NCBI GenBank assembly: GCA_013265495.1
Contig: MU058584.1
Coordinates: forward strand, 904,616 to 968,615
DNA length: 64,000 bases
Origin: Vicugna vicugna
Taxonomy: Eukaryota
Direction: 5' to 3'
The position numbers were made by a program, and so were the translations under genes. Position 1 is the stretch's first letter; every line of letters starts with the position of its first letter. Of the stretch, positions 1-39,465 are shown one piece after another. Below the pieces are notes generated by a model, which was not told the DNA's origin, searched no databases, and was given only the letters and a program-made list of their open reading frames with translations.

Positions 1-482
1 CTGGATTATCTGGAATTGATTCATTGAACAATAACAACATACTGTCAAAGGAGAGTCAGAAAAAATTTCCAGATGCCTCCTGGACCATTTACTTAGTCAT
101 GGGCAAGCATCTCTGTCTACTGTAGTGTTCATTCTATGCGTTCATTCATTTAATCATTAATGGATTTGTTAATCAAATGCATTTGGTGATATTGAATCAT
201 TATTTAAAGACTTACTATATCAAATATATAAGAACAGGTAAGGATACAATAGACCATAGAAAGCTTTTTATATACAATGATAAAAAATTATCTAAAAGCT
301 TTGCTATTAAAAAGATTAGCATCAAATATTTTGTAAAATTCACTTACATGAAATTCTTAGTTCTCCATTGATGCTAAGGATAAATGAGTCAGTGTTATAA
401 AACATACTGGATTTTTCATAATTCTTCAACCTCCAAGATGATCAGCTCTTACAAAATCTGGGGTGGAGAAACTGGATGATAG

Positions 483-26003
<25,521 letters not shown>

Positions 26004-26207
26004 TGCTGTCAGTGCCTGGCGACATTCTGACGGCCCAGGTCCTCCTCACAAGACCTACCACTCACCTGCACCTAAGCCACTCCTTCTGGACATTGAATGG
26101 ACCTGAGAGACAGAGGCCTGTTTGCTTTTCTCTCTCTCTGTCCCTCGTCTCCCTCCACTCCACTCCCCCACTCTCTATCCCTGACACGTATATACATTTT
26201 TTTTTAC

Positions 26208-26213
26208 ATTAAA
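26208..26213 (+). terminator. Candidate proximal DDR2 polyadenylation signal (ATTAAA)
   Basis: ATTAAA about 205 nt after the stop, followed by a genomic A-rich tract. Confidence 0.45.
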
Positions 26214-28269
26214 GAACTAAAAAAGAAAAAAAAAAGCCTAGGGCAGATCTAGTAAAGAATTTTACTTGATATACCAAAAGTGTTGGATAACAAAGGCTAG
26301 ATAATTTAGATAATTTATAAAGGTTAAATGTGCTTGTGTTTATAAGTGTGCAAATTATACAATATTTTTTTCCATGTCGCCTTTTAAAAAATGGTTTCAG
26401 AAAGAAAAACTTGAAGAGTACTAATGTCTTAGGAAACATGTGATCAGGCTGAGGGAAAACATTTGTTAAGTGTGGAGAATCTGATGAAATGGTATTCGGT
26501 AACTAATCGCAGATGGTTTTGCTTCCTAATTTGGCCTCTAGACATGTCTGAAATGCTGTGTCTTCCTCTCCTGGGAAAGTAGATGCTCCATGCTTGAAAA
26601 ACTCCAGCTTCTGGGATGGGCGTTTTGTTCATTCATGGGCAGGGATCAGGGTTGAGGTCTATATGCATGGGAAATTCAGAGAATGTATGTAGGAAAAGAG
26701 CATCGACTGCAGGGTCATATGAACAGGAATTGTCATTTGCAAAAAAAAAAAGTACCTCGTGCATGGACATGTTCTTGAATGGGGAATGGATGCAGCAGAA
26801 GAGGCCTTATGGAGGACAGGTAACAGGTGCGCTGCTCATTTCTGCAGAGGGTCCTCCTCTTATCTTGTTCAGACATTATTGTGTGTGTGTTTTAGTGAGA
26901 GCCTGATTTTGAATCAGTAAAAACTGTTGTTTTGATGTCTTGATCTTAGGTCCTTTGGTTTCTGTCCTCTAAATCTTCCAGCTCTTTTAGTGGATGAATC
27001 CCCTATGGGCCCTGTGGACTGGGCATTTAATTTCTCAGGCATAAATATCTGAGGGCCACAATAGGGAATGAATTCTGAGTGTTCTTGAAAGGATGACCTG
27101 GGACTGATGAAGGGAGGTTACAGAGAGATTGATGTCCATACCTTATTAGGGAAAACACAGCCAGAGGCAGAACATACAAGCATGAAAGAGCTGCCTCCAG
27201 AGGTGGGGAGTCCTTTGTCACTGAAGAGGTTCAGATATAGGCTGAAGAACTAGGCAAGGAAGATGTAGGCCTTCAAACACAGATGTAGGCTCATGGGAGA
27301 TGATACTGTTTATCCTTCCACCCTAAGAGTCCTTAAGAGGCGCAGGTAGAGCGTGGTGGAGGAGCCACTCGCTACTACTGCTTAGCGTACCCTCTTCCTT
27401 GGAGCTGGTTTGACCAGCAGAAAAGAAAGCATGAGACTCTAACTTCAGAATCCACAGACACTAATACCACTGTCCAATGAGTCCACTTAGAACAGATTCC
27501 AAGCTTTCACACTCCACAAATCCTAAGATTCAGTACGAAACTCAATAAGGGAACCCTCAATTCCCATTGAGCAGAAACAAGAAAGGATTACAGAATAAGC
27601 TTCTCAAACTTAAAGGAAATAGTCTCGCCCCCTTGGGTCTGCTGCTTTTGCCTTCACCCAGCCCACCTTCCATACAGTCTCTCAGGAGCTTTGGTGGTTG
27701 CCCCGTCCGGCCTTCAGGGCTGCCCCAGGCCACAGCACAAATCCCCAACCCCCAAGATTCATGTCGTGGGTCGTCTTACTTCCCCTAGCAAATGCCCTTT
27801 CCCTGTAGTTGTCCTGTGACTCTGATCTGGTCTCCCAGGACTGCACTTTCTAGAGGGCATCAGTTTGGGAGCTATTTCTGCCTCAAGCCAAGTGTATCAT
27901 CTTGGACAAGTTACTTTGCCTCTTTGGACTTTTGTTTCCTTATCAGCCAAGTAAGCAAATCGGATGAGATGATCTTGAAGTCTCTTCCTGTTCTGATATG
28001 TTCAGTGCTCACAGGGTAACTAGATCTACCATGGATGCAGACTCAGTTATCCGGTCGTGTCCTGCTCTGAAAATTGTGGTCAGCAAAAGAGATTGCATGG
28101 GAAGGTCACTAGAATAGTAATACTAACACCTGTCCCTTGTTCAGTACTTTAAAGTTTACCACGTGTTTCCATGTACATTATCTCACTTGATAAATGCAGG
28201 GATAAATGTTCTTCTATACCTTGTGACCTGCCATGCACTCTATACACTCAAGATCAATGTTAACTTCAC

Positions 28270-28718
28270 ATATTATTCAGAGTTCTCCAGAGAAACAGAA
28301 CCAATAGAATATATATATGTTTATGATTTATTATAAGGAATTGGCTTACATAATTATGGAGGCTGAGATGTCCCACAATCCACCATCTGCAGGCTGGAGA
28401 CCCAGGGAAGCTGCTGGTGGTGGTGTTCTGAGACCCAGAGGGCCAGTTGCAGGCAGGAGAAGGCTAACGTGTCACCTTGATCAAGCAGACAGGCAGAGGG
28501 GGCGAATTCCCCCTTCCTTTTTTTTTTTCCCTTCTATTCAGGCTCTCATTGGATTTGATGATGCCCACTCCTACTGGAGAGGGCAATTGACTTTACTCAG
28601 TCCACCAATTAAAATGCTAACCCCATCCAGAAACACCCTCAGAGACACACCCAGAAATCATATTTAATCTGGGCATCATACGTCCCAGCAAGTTGACACA
28701 TGAAATCAGTCAATACAC
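28270..28718 (-). mobile_element. MLT2-type (ERVL) solo LTR within the probable DDR2 3' UTR
   Basis: Ends match MLT2 text as recalled: ...GTTCTCCAGAGAAACAGAACCAATAG and CAAGTTGACACATGAAAT...; internal TTTATTATAAGGAATTGGCT. Confidence 0.8.
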
Positions 28719-30919
28719 TCCACTAGAATTAAAGGGATTTGATGTCAGGACCTACAGCCTCTTCTCATTTATCAACAAGTCTCTGGCATCCTCCATCCTC
28801 CATCTATATCCAGACCAGGCCGTGACTTCCTATGGGACAAGAGGAGATATGTAATATAATTCGTCCTTCCTTTGCCTAACATCCTCCACTTACTTCTTTT
28901 TTTTACAATTCTGCCTCCATACACTGCATGTCATGATCCCTTAAAAAAAAATCTCATATTTACAGTGTATTTAGTACATCTGGATTTTCCTGGCCTTGAG
29001 TCAGAACAGTAATTTATTTCGGGTTGCTGACAAATATGTATTGTCATGTACACGTATCCTTTTCTGAGGTGAGGAGGGCTCCATCCTCTGGCGCTAAGAC
29101 TCATCCTACAGACATGGGTTTCTCTTCTACCTTAGCCATCCCCACTGAGTTTAGCAGCACACATCTAAGAGAGCCGACAGAGTGCATGGTGAAGGTTGGG
29201 TACGTAGAATTTAAATGTCTCTGGAATCTAACTGAGACAAGTGATGCTAGAAATTGTGTAGAGAAGGAGCCAGGAAAAGGGATGAGAAACTGTGAGGCCT
29301 TGTCACCTTTCTAGTAAGTTATCCTCTTCGTGATCTGCGTGACGTATTTTATGTCCAGATGGTAGTTTGGGGTAGTCAGATTTCAATTTATACTCTTGCT
29401 GGATAATGTGCTGATTGCAAAGTCCAAATCCTGATGCGCTGTTCCAAACACATGTGCTCAGAAGAGATCTGGAGTAGGAAGAGGCATTCCTGGGGCAAAT
29501 GTGGTTCTAATGCTATGGAAAGATGGCTTGCAAGTGTACAAGACTGTGTAGCAAAGAGCATTGCATGGAAGTGGAGTAAAGAGTGAGTAAGAGAATGTGC
29601 TGTGATTGGACGGGAGGCAGGTGGAGGTTTAGAAAGAAGTCTGCATACTAAGGGGTAACGGAGGGAGTGTGAGAAGGGCGGAGCAGGTTAGGGCAAGTAG
29701 GGGAGGCACGGGGATCCTGTGGGGAATCCACTCTGAAGCACAAAAGCAGATCTCTCTGAAGAGAGAGCTGAGTGAGGACGGAAAAAGTTAAGTGTCTTGA
29801 AGATCAAAGCTGAATGGATATGGAGAAAGAAGACATTCTAGGTGATAGAGATTATAAACATGTCCATTAAAAAAATGAAAAGTCAGGTGCAGAGTATGAC
29901 GTGGAAGGGAGCTTTTCGGAGTTTTGAGAAAGGGGAAGCCCATTGTGAATATAAAAACACATAAGCAACCAGCAGGGAAAGAGCTTTTCGTCTCAGAAGA
30001 AGTGGGAGACGGAGGCAGTTTCAGCACCTGTGTCTTCTCGACCATATCGAGTACTGGGGTTTAACGGTGGTGAGAAGAAAGCAACTCTTTGTCTGACCTA
30101 GACTTGGCTTTCCAAGTGCTGCTTTGGAAATGAAGACCAGGAGATGGAGGATTTATGGTAGTCCACGAAGTTTTGTGTTCCCTTCTTTACTTCTGGTAAT
30201 GAAACCCATTTCAAACGATGCTCATCATTGCTGTGCCCAGAAAGGCCACAGGGAAATGTTGGAACAACAGGCTTAAGTTAGACGAGACTAAATCTTGTTT
30301 GGTATCTGCACAAAGAGGTACGTGCCATGTTGGAACCATGTGTTTTTCTAGTCCCATCCAGACTTCCCACAAGAAAACCATAATGTGGGGCTAAGCCATA
30401 TGTTTTGAGTAAAGGAGAACAGAAGAAAGGCGAGTATCTGAAAGGGGGAAAGAGATTGTGAAGATGTTCCAAGGAAATAAGTCTTAAAACAGAACAGCAT
30501 CTGTTTTGCCCAAAACTACAACACATGAAGAAAATTACAGTCAAGGCTTAGATTACTCTCAGTATATAACTATTTAGTCTGTGATCATAAAATGAGTCTA
30601 TAGATCTGGAATTTGACATCTTAGTCTTTTCAGGAAGACCTCTGACCTCTGGCAGTGCACATGGTAGGGCCCTAAATGTTTCTGGAGGATGCAGATCCAG
30701 ATCTCTAAGGGAATTTCCTTCTGAATTGAAATTTAACACTTTTTCAGAAACAGATGAATGTCTTTTCCACTTGGTAAATGTCTTGGAGTGCTAAACTGAG
30801 ATGGAAGGAGACTGGAATCATTAATGGTGATTGGATTTCTGGCATTTTGTGTTCTGCTACAATTAGCTGCATTGCTTGGTGGCAGACATGGTGGGTAATT
30901 GTTTAGTTGCTGTATCCTT

Positions 30920-31135
30920 TTTTTTTTCCCCCAACTTATTATTTTGAAATACTTTAAGACTCACAAGAAGTTACAAAAATAGTACAGAGTGGCCTTCCCC
31001 TAACACCAGGCTTTCCCATTGATAACATCTTATGTAACCACAGTCCATTTTCAAAACCAGAAAATTGACATTGGTTTAATACTATTAACTAAACTACAGA
31101 CCTTACTCAGATTTCACCAGCTCTTCACGTGGACA
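30920..31135 (-). mobile_element. Old L1MC-type 3' end fragment
   Basis: T-run followed by TTTTGAAATACTTTAAGACTCACAAGAAGTTACAAAAATAGTACAGAG. Confidence 0.65.
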
Positions 31136-32807
31136 CATTTCGTTTCTGGATACTTTTAACCCTTGCTGATTTGTAACCTGGCCTCGCTTGGATGCCTCAG
31201 GAAAGGCATTGTTTGGATCAATTCTACAAAATCCTAAAGAGCATGTAACGAATTAATCTGCTCTTTTATCAGTAAGCAACATCCTGCTTAGACTGTTTTC
31301 ACACTTTCTGACTAGTTTGGCTGGCCGGCGTCTGAATCAATCCAAGAACAGCTTAGAAAAGCCAGGCAACACAAAGGACAGTAAGACATACCCACTGGCT
31401 AGAGACTAGGGTACAAGAGAAAATTACAGATGCTTTCTGAAGTTCCTGCAAGTGAGTAGGGTTTGTCTGGTGGCAAGGAGAGGACTTTAGAATAAACCAG
31501 GATTCTGGTCAAGAGCTAGGTGGCGCTTTGTTAATGGCGCCAAGGACAGCTTGTGGAAGGAATAGAGGACAATGGTATCGACCCCTAATGTGTAATAAAA
31601 CACTATTTTTAGAACAGTAGAGACGTTTCATTTGCCTAAACATCTATTTTTAAGTGGACTAACAATCACATTGGACCAAATTAAACGCAGTCACAGCAGC
31701 AACCTGGCTAGAAGGTTGGGAAGGGGCCTGGGGGCAGGGGGTGTGGAAACTCTGTTTTTGTGGATTACAGCTTTGAGTTTCATGATGGTATTTTTAACTT
31801 GTCTTGTTTAAGGGTCACAAGATTATACCTGTGTTCACCTCTACATACCCCATGTCCTGTAACATTCCTAACACACAATGAGCACACGATAAGTACTTAC
31901 TGAATGTTTTTTTTTTAATGAATAAAAGATAGAAGCAGAAACTTGTCATTCAGCATAACTGGAGTGAATTTAGGGTGAATTGCTTTGCTGTATTGTAGAG
32001 GATTTATTTTCAAATGAGGAAAGAGGAAAAAGTGCCTAGACTTGTACCTGGTGTAGCACATCCTTCATGTGTATATTTATTGATGATAAAGTTAATCTAT
32101 GGAAATGCCTTATTCTTTGAGGTGTTTAGACAGAAATGCAAGGTAGTTCTCTACTGGGTACCCCACCAAGAGCAGGGAGAGACTCTGGCCGCAAAGTCAG
32201 CTCAGTTGAAACAAGCTTCTCCTGCAGACACCTTGTCAACAATTTTACGGGCTTCCAGAGGAAAAAGTTGAGAGTCCTAAGCTAGCCTGTGCTGACCCAC
32301 ATTCACAACTGCATGTAAAGAAAGAATGTGCAAAGGGTCTCAAGGGAAGGCACAAAGGGATAAGGTGATCACTTTCAGTGGAAACCTGTTTTCTTGAAAA
32401 GAGGCTTGGAAAGAATTGAAAGTTGAGAGGGTTCCTGCAACACACCAGGAGTTTGTAATCCAGCCCATTCATGTTCTGTCCTGTACTATCCATGATGCTC
32501 TGTTCTTCTACCCCATTGTCTGGTTTCTTTTTCTGAGGACTGAGTTTCTGGAGCAATGTGTGGTGCATTCTTCCTACAAGGAGGAAACATCTGGGCTTTT
32601 TTCTGCAGGCTTTGGAGGATGATGTGTCTTGTCAAGGGGTAAATAGCAAACTGATTTAATTTCTGCTTAAAACTATCCTAGTCATCCCCAAATAGAATGC
32701 ATAAAATTTCTCTGTATTAGAAAAAAAAATGAGATACCCATTGTATATTGTCTTTTCTTTATTTATTCTCTGTAAGTCTGTCAGATGATAAATTGTAAAT
32801 AACAATG

Positions 32808-32813
32808 ATTAAA
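32808..32813 (+). terminator. Candidate distal DDR2 polyadenylation signal (ATTAAA)
   Basis: ATTAAA preceded by several TGTA motifs and T-rich sequence, followed by GT/T-rich sequence. Confidence 0.55.
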
Positions 32814-34259
32814 GAAATATGCTACTGATCGATCCTTCTCTCTGTGAAGATAGCACTGGTGTGGGCTTTGTTACCCTTCCTCTTTTTGCCCTTACACCCT
32901 TTTTGGAGAAACGATGGGGCACAGGGACACAGCAGAAGGGTGTGTGTGGTGTGGGTGCCTGTCTGTTGAGGTTTACCCAACAGAAGCTTATTTACCTAGG
33001 CCTCTCACATATTAGTTGACAGTTTATTGGAAGAAAAGCATCTTGGTCTCTGGCATGTCCAAACACACCACGGAATGGGATTTTATGTTGTCACATTAGT
33101 CGAGAAGGGATTCTGTATTGTTGTTATAAAGTTGTCTTGTTTGATACACAGAAATCCTTTCTAAATCCAAATATGATCTGTCTCAAGACCACCCAGGCAT
33201 ACAAAAAACTATGAACAACCAGAATACAGACTCATTCTTCATAACAGAGACTAGGATGGAACCACCCAAAGCAACATGTTATCAATAAAAATTTCAACAA
33301 TCTTACTGGAGGAAAGAGTGAACTGTTTTTATTCTTCATAAAAATATTAGAAAACAATGGTTAAATGGAGAGAAGATCAAAGAATAGGTAGGTAGAAAAT
33401 ACAAGGAAGAAAGGTTTTGAAGGGAATCAGGTAATTAATAAAAATATATTAGTTTTTTTTTTTTAAAAAGATACCAAACCAGTTGATACCAAATTAATCA
33501 AAACCTCTAGGATATTCAAAAGCCAATACAAATAATCTGTCTCATATCTTTCAGAGATCATTCCTCTTCATAAATAACTAAAACTTTGAAAGAGGCTATG
33601 AAGTAAAATATGTTCTGTAGAGTTTGACACACAGTGTGCAGTACTGCTTAGTGTGGACTCGCCCTGGTGATGGTTTCACTGTTACCAGTCCACCATAAAC
33701 CCAGAAACCTAGAGCACGCAGTTTGGCAGAGTACTCTTACATCTGATGAATCGAACAATAAAAAACAAACAAAACAAAAAAAGAACTGGGGCTTGTATTT
33801 TGTATGCCTTTTGCTTTTTATTTCATTATTCTAGTAATTTATTTTTATTTTATATTCCAAAAGTACCCATCTGGGATAGCTTGGAAAAACAAAACAGGTC
33901 CTTTACCACAAAGAGTTTGAGACACGCTTAAATAGATTACAGTACGCGATCCATTACGTCCCATGTAGTTCTGAGATTCTCTGATTCCATACCATATTCC
34001 AAGTTTTGAAAATCGGTAATTCATGCATGATTCTACATAAAGATCCTAATAAAATCAATGTTCATTTTCGCGAAGATGATTTTTTTAGACGAGGAGGAGT
34101 CCTGGGACCAGAAGCTCAGCTGTAAAGTGGCACAGTGCCCAGATCTACACATCCAAAAAAGAGTAGAAAAGTAAACAGACCATAATCCCCAAACTTCAGT
34201 TTCTAGACCCAACCCTTTCCTCTACTATAAGGAGTTCTGGTGCAAATACCCTGAGGTCT

Positions 34260-35070
34260 TCCTGCGGTGCAGTGTCCATCTGAGGCGCCTGAGTACCCAC
34301 CCCGAGGGTGCCACGAAACCCGGAGCCGAGCGCTCGGCTGGGAGGACACCCCCACCACGACCGCCGCCCGGCGTCACCGAAGCGGGGCGGGGCGTGGGCG
34401 GGACACCTGCACCGCCCAGGGGCGGGGAGAGCCCGGATTGGCTCGGGCCTTGCGCGACACGCGGCTCCGCCCCTCGGCCTATCTCACTCCATCTCCGCCC
34501 CCTGCTCCTGGGACCTTTGGCTGCGTTGGAGGAGGGGCCCAGAGCGGAATCGATGACGCAAGGGGCGGTGGGGCCTCGCCGGACCCTGATTGACGGGCTG
34601 AGGGGCGTGGGCGTGGGCGTGGTCGGGGCGAGGTCACCTGTCAAAGTCCTTCGGAGCCGCTGTGCCAGGTGCCCGTGTGCGTGGCGTCTGAGTGCACGAC
34701 GATGCGGAAAGTGGTTTTGATCACCGGGGCTAGCAGGTGAGGCCTCCTTCGCCGTCCCAGGGCCGGGGGATCCGAGGGAGCGGCAAGAAAAGGGCCAGGA
34801 CGACCCGCCACCGACAGATCCCAGGAGCTCCTGTCCCGAGCTTGCCTCCGTGGGGACTCGGGCCGAGACCCCGTTCCGCTCTTCCCTGGGTTCCCCACTG
34901 CGCGAGGTACGGGGCGTGCCGGCCCCTTGAGGTGCTCAGTAACTGGTGTTTTGAATTAACCATGACAGCGGAAAGAAAAACTCGAGCGCCACCAAGAGAT
35001 GAGGTCTCAGATGAACCTCTCATACCTAGGAAAAGGGCGCTTCCCACGCAGACCTCGGCCGCTTCCGTGA
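34260..35070 (+). promoter_or_regulatory. HSD17B7: CpG-island promoter of HSD17B7
   Basis: Sharp GC and CpG enrichment around exon 1; GC box GGGGCGGGGC 34384-34393, inverted CCAAT (ATTGG) 34437-34441, SRE-like CTCACTCCAT 34483-34492, AGGTCA 34631-34636, CAAAGTCC 34642-34649. Confidence 0.85.
34702..34736 (+). CDS. HSD17B7: HSD17B7 exon 1 coding part ([11 protein letters not shown])
   Basis: ATG at 34702, donor AGCAG|gtgagg; 35 nt. Confidence 0.96.
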
Positions 35071-38000
35071 CTGTCTCGTCACTTTTCACAGTCAGTGCCT
35101 GGCAGTTTAGTCGTGACCACGTGGCCATATCTTCTACTCCAGCTAATTTATCTATGCTGGACTTCCGCCCTCAGATAAATTTCAACCTTCATGAGCATTA
35201 GAACGGGGTGGTGGGGGGGGAATCTCGTTCCATGTAACACAGTGCGAGACACCTAGTATACACTCTTCAGAAACTCGGGGAAAAGTGACTTTTTCCTGTT
35301 AAGGCACTGTAAGGAGGGTGTGCAAGTAACCATTACTACAAGTGGGTAATTACTCCAGGCTTGCGCATTTGGATTCAGCCTCTTCTGTTGCCTGTTTTAC
35401 TTCTCATTTGCAATTCCGTGAAGAATGTGTGGAGGGTTTAACAAAACCATTTTTCTAATTGTTGCATTTGGAGATGGGGGGTGGGGGGCGGGTTAAGGCT
35501 GAGGATATGTTAAACGGCATTTGAAATAAGTTCACTTTGCAGTTATCTAGCCCTGTCCATGTTAACTAAGCCAAACTTGATAGGTGTCTGTGATGGGCAG
35601 AATGTTAGTGTGTCCTCTCCTGAGTGACTTTAGCAACTGGTATGGTGCTATCTATGTTGAAGTTGCTTAAACAAGTCAGAATTGATTTTATGTGTTTGTT
35701 TCTTTTACATATATTGTCATATGTGCAATTGTATATTTATATTAAAGGCCTATTCTCAAGTGGGGATGAAGAAACTAATATATTTGATGTTCTGTGAGCA
35801 GGGCCAACAGGTTAGTGATGGTGCTAGGCTCTTTTGGGGGTTCTGACTCTGCCTGGAATCAGTTTAAGTCTTGGGAGAAAACCCATTTTCCCAGGGATTC
35901 ATTGCTATTACCCAACCTGATCTGACTGCTGTCCCCATCACACTGCTTTTTCTTGTCATTTGTCCTTGACACATGTATTCATCCTTCTTCTCTTATCCTG
36001 GTACCCATCCTATATTTCCTCTTCCTATCTTCTACTTAATCATGTTGAGTTCTTTCTCTTCCTGTTGGTTATTCAGTCATAGTAGTTAAGAGGGACTCGT
36101 ACCTCCTGCCAGTTACTTATACCGCTTCCTGAAAGATTCATCCATTTCTTATCAGGAATTTCTGGTGCTTCTGATAGTGGCACTGATACCAGTTAGACCC
36201 CTTGCCCTTGAGAAATCTAGATGATAAAGTAAAACATGCACACACGAAACCGCTAACAAGATGATCTTTTCAACGTTTGCTGGTGATGTATTGAATCATT
36301 TTCATGAGTGTCATAATCAGTGTAGAATGAAAACCACTGGTAGGATAAGCTCTGTCTTAAAAGAAATGCTAAAGGACAACTTTCATTTGCAGTCCAGTTA
36401 TTTGCATCATCAAGCTATTGCAGAATGAGAGGAACACAAGCTGGTCAGCATCCTGAGCAAGTGATTAGAGTTGGGGGGGTTCCCCCCTTCTCTACATAAT
36501 TTTTTGAGTCCTTTCTATCCACCTGGGCTCCTGATTAGCACTCAAGTGGACAAAATCAGACTTCTGAACCGGAGAGAAATGCCTCTCTTTGGCACCAGTT
36601 AATGCATATTCTGTCTCTGAATTGCCCTTCCAGTGGCGTTGGCCTAGCCCTCTGCAGGCGGTTACTGAAGGAAGACGATGAGCTTCACCTGTGCTTGGCG
36701 TGCAGGAACCTAAGCAAAGCGGAAGCTGTCCGTGATGCTCTGCTGGCCTCCCACCCCACCGCTGAGGTCAGCATCGTGCAGGTGGATGTCAGCAGCCTGC
36801 CGTCGGTGTTCCGGGCCTCCAAGGAGCTCAAGCAAAGGTATGCCTCTTGTTGACAAGTTTTCTCTCATGTGTTTGTGCAACACAAGAGCTAATAAAATAA
36901 GAAGAGATAGGAAAATCTAAAAAGGACTAGGTGAAGTGTTAAGAAGATACACTGAGGAAATCTGTATGCAATAACTCATTATGTCTCAATACTACGTTTT
37001 CATTCTCAGCCATAGTCATGGTTGTTCCATGAAGATTAATTTGAGTTCCTTTTGACATGTGGTCAGTTGTGATGCCTTCCGTTAGTGTAACTCCTTTGAT
37101 GTTTGAATGTATTGTTTGCTTTCCTTCTATCTTTCCTTCACTAAGAATTTCATTAAGTAGGTAGGGCAAGTACTAACAAGAAAATTCCCCAGGCCACTAA
37201 ACATTTATTTATCCCCGGACAGTAATTGGCATGTAATAATCATTTGATAAATATTTAGTATATGGAGGAATAGAATCCTTGGATGTATAACTCCTCAGAA
37301 AGTGTACAATAAATTACATACAGGTGCACAATACATTTTTCTGGAGAGAGAGAGTATTTTTTTTTAATTCTAAGAGGAATTTATAATCAAAAAGTCAGAA
37401 ACCCTGCACTAGTCCATGCTGAGCCCTAGCACTATCTGGAATAATTAATTTAATTAATAATTTAATTAATAAGTTATTAATTAAATTTTTGTAGTTGAGG
37501 CCCTTAAGAAGCAAGAACTGCTTTAGTTCCTTGGCCAACAAAATGAAGTTCAATACAAACGGGAAAGGCCTTCTTGGAAAAAGCATTGGCTGAAGAATAA
37601 TAGTTGGCAGATTTTTTTGTATTTATTGATAGCCATTGGCAGTATCCTGGTCCAGATGCACATGTTACAAAGCAAAACTTGTTTTCTTTATTCGTTTGTC
37701 TCCCTGCACCCTTAGCCCTTTGTAAATGTGGTTTCTCTCTCTACTGCTGAGCTTCTAGAATGTTCTGCCACATTATCTTCCTACAAACAGCTTTTCTAGG
37801 TTCCACATCTCTTACTCTTCCCTCACTTGTCTCCAGATCTGTGAAACTGTAGTTATTGTCCCTATTGGGTTAAAACCCTTCAAGTCAGGAGAGAGGTTAG
37901 GAGTTTCAGGTAATGTTTGCAGGCTTTCCCAAACCTTCTCAGCCAATTGGCTCTCTCATCTGTCTTGTGTAAATTTAATTATATTTCCTTATTTAACACA

Positions 38001-39426
38001 AAAGAACCTTTATCCTCAGTTCATAATAGCCCATTTCAGTAGTTACCTCTTGAGATTTAAAGTGGTATCATTCATAGTATTGACTATTCTCCATTGCCTT
38101 CAAAGGTTCAAGATAGTTAGTTATCACAGTTTTACTAATTTAGTATTTAGCAAGATATTTAGTAATTTAGCCAAAATTTAAGGTAGTGAGGCTGTGGGGG
38201 AGAAGGGAGCACTAAGATAATGAGTTGTTCCAGCTGCCTGTCGGCATTTAAGTGCAGCTTTGATGTATTTATTTAGTCTTCAAAACAGCTCTCTTTGAGA
38301 TGGTGGTATTATTCAAATTCAGGAAATGGTGGTTGTAGTAATATTCACAAATTTGGGAATGTGTCAGTGTTCAGATAGATCTCTTGCTTATATGAAAGAT
38401 CTTCTGCATTTAATGGTCCAAATACCTTCAATTATAGACCTAAAGTTAGAGCTGAAGAAAACTTGAGAAGGAGCCTTTCCAACGGGCTAAAGCAGCACCA
38501 TTCCTGACACCTCGTCTTTCCACCTGTGATCCTCCCTTCTATGAGCTACATGCTGATGGAAACGAATAAGAAATAGTGGTTCTGTTATATCCAGAATAGA
38601 GGAATTGTGTCAATCATTTAAGCTTTGAGAGCAATATGTATGCCATTTTACTGCGACCAGACCTTAATTTGGAAATTTGCAATTTGCACTGTTTGCTAAA
38701 CATTTCCTCTCCATTCCCAGCCAAAGGTGTTAATATACTTAGATAAAAATTTGCAGATTTAGATAATGGAACAACTAACAACGATGGACCTGCGCTGTTT
38801 TCGTGGCACTTGCATGGATAACCTGACAGTTTGTAATTAGTCACGTGGTCGTTGATTACTTATAGGATGATCAAGAAGTCTGTGTGATCTGTATTGGTAA
38901 CCACTATGATTCTAAGCTGCCAGCTTTAGAAGCTGTGGCCCATATTGTCCTGGGCTATACAGAGAACATGGGGATGTGTGGTGTATAGAATTCTAGGAGA
39001 CGTTTTGAATATTCATGGTGTCTGTATTATAAGAGCAGGCAGGCACTACTTGTCTTGAACCCAGTTCAAAAGGGATACACTTACATAAGTTGTCTCCATG
39101 GCAAATCTCCTGGAGCAAGCCTGTCCCGAGTATCTTACCCCTATTCAGCTTCTAAAACTTGTTGTATTCTTGTGAGCTTTCATCATTTTAGGACACAGAG
39201 CATGGCCATGAACAAGGAAAGGTTTCCACATGGATCAGATGCTTTAGCAAATATCTGTTGATTTGTATTTTGTGGTTGGCTTTATTCCTTTGATAACCAT
39301 GTAAGTGTAAAAAGCTAAAGCTCTAAACTGTTCATAGAAAGAATGAACAGTGCATATACGTAAATTTTAAAACAGTTTTATCTCTCAATGAGTTACTTTT
39401 CCTAGAATAAACTTTGCTTACCCCCC

Positions 39427-39465
<39 letters not shown>

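Larger units (their letters stand above)
26004..32835 (+). other. DDR2: Probable long DDR2 3' UTR
   Basis: Follows the stop codon; candidate ATTAAA signals at 26208 and 32808. The distal block resembles the end of long DDR2 transcripts as I recall it; the 3' end is not provable from sequence. Confidence 0.55.

Noticed and set aside
34225..35201. Cluster of 80-154 aa ORFs on both strands at the HSD17B7 promoter
   Set aside because: GC-rich CpG-island sequence is poor in stop codons; the products are low-complexity Pro/Arg/Gly.
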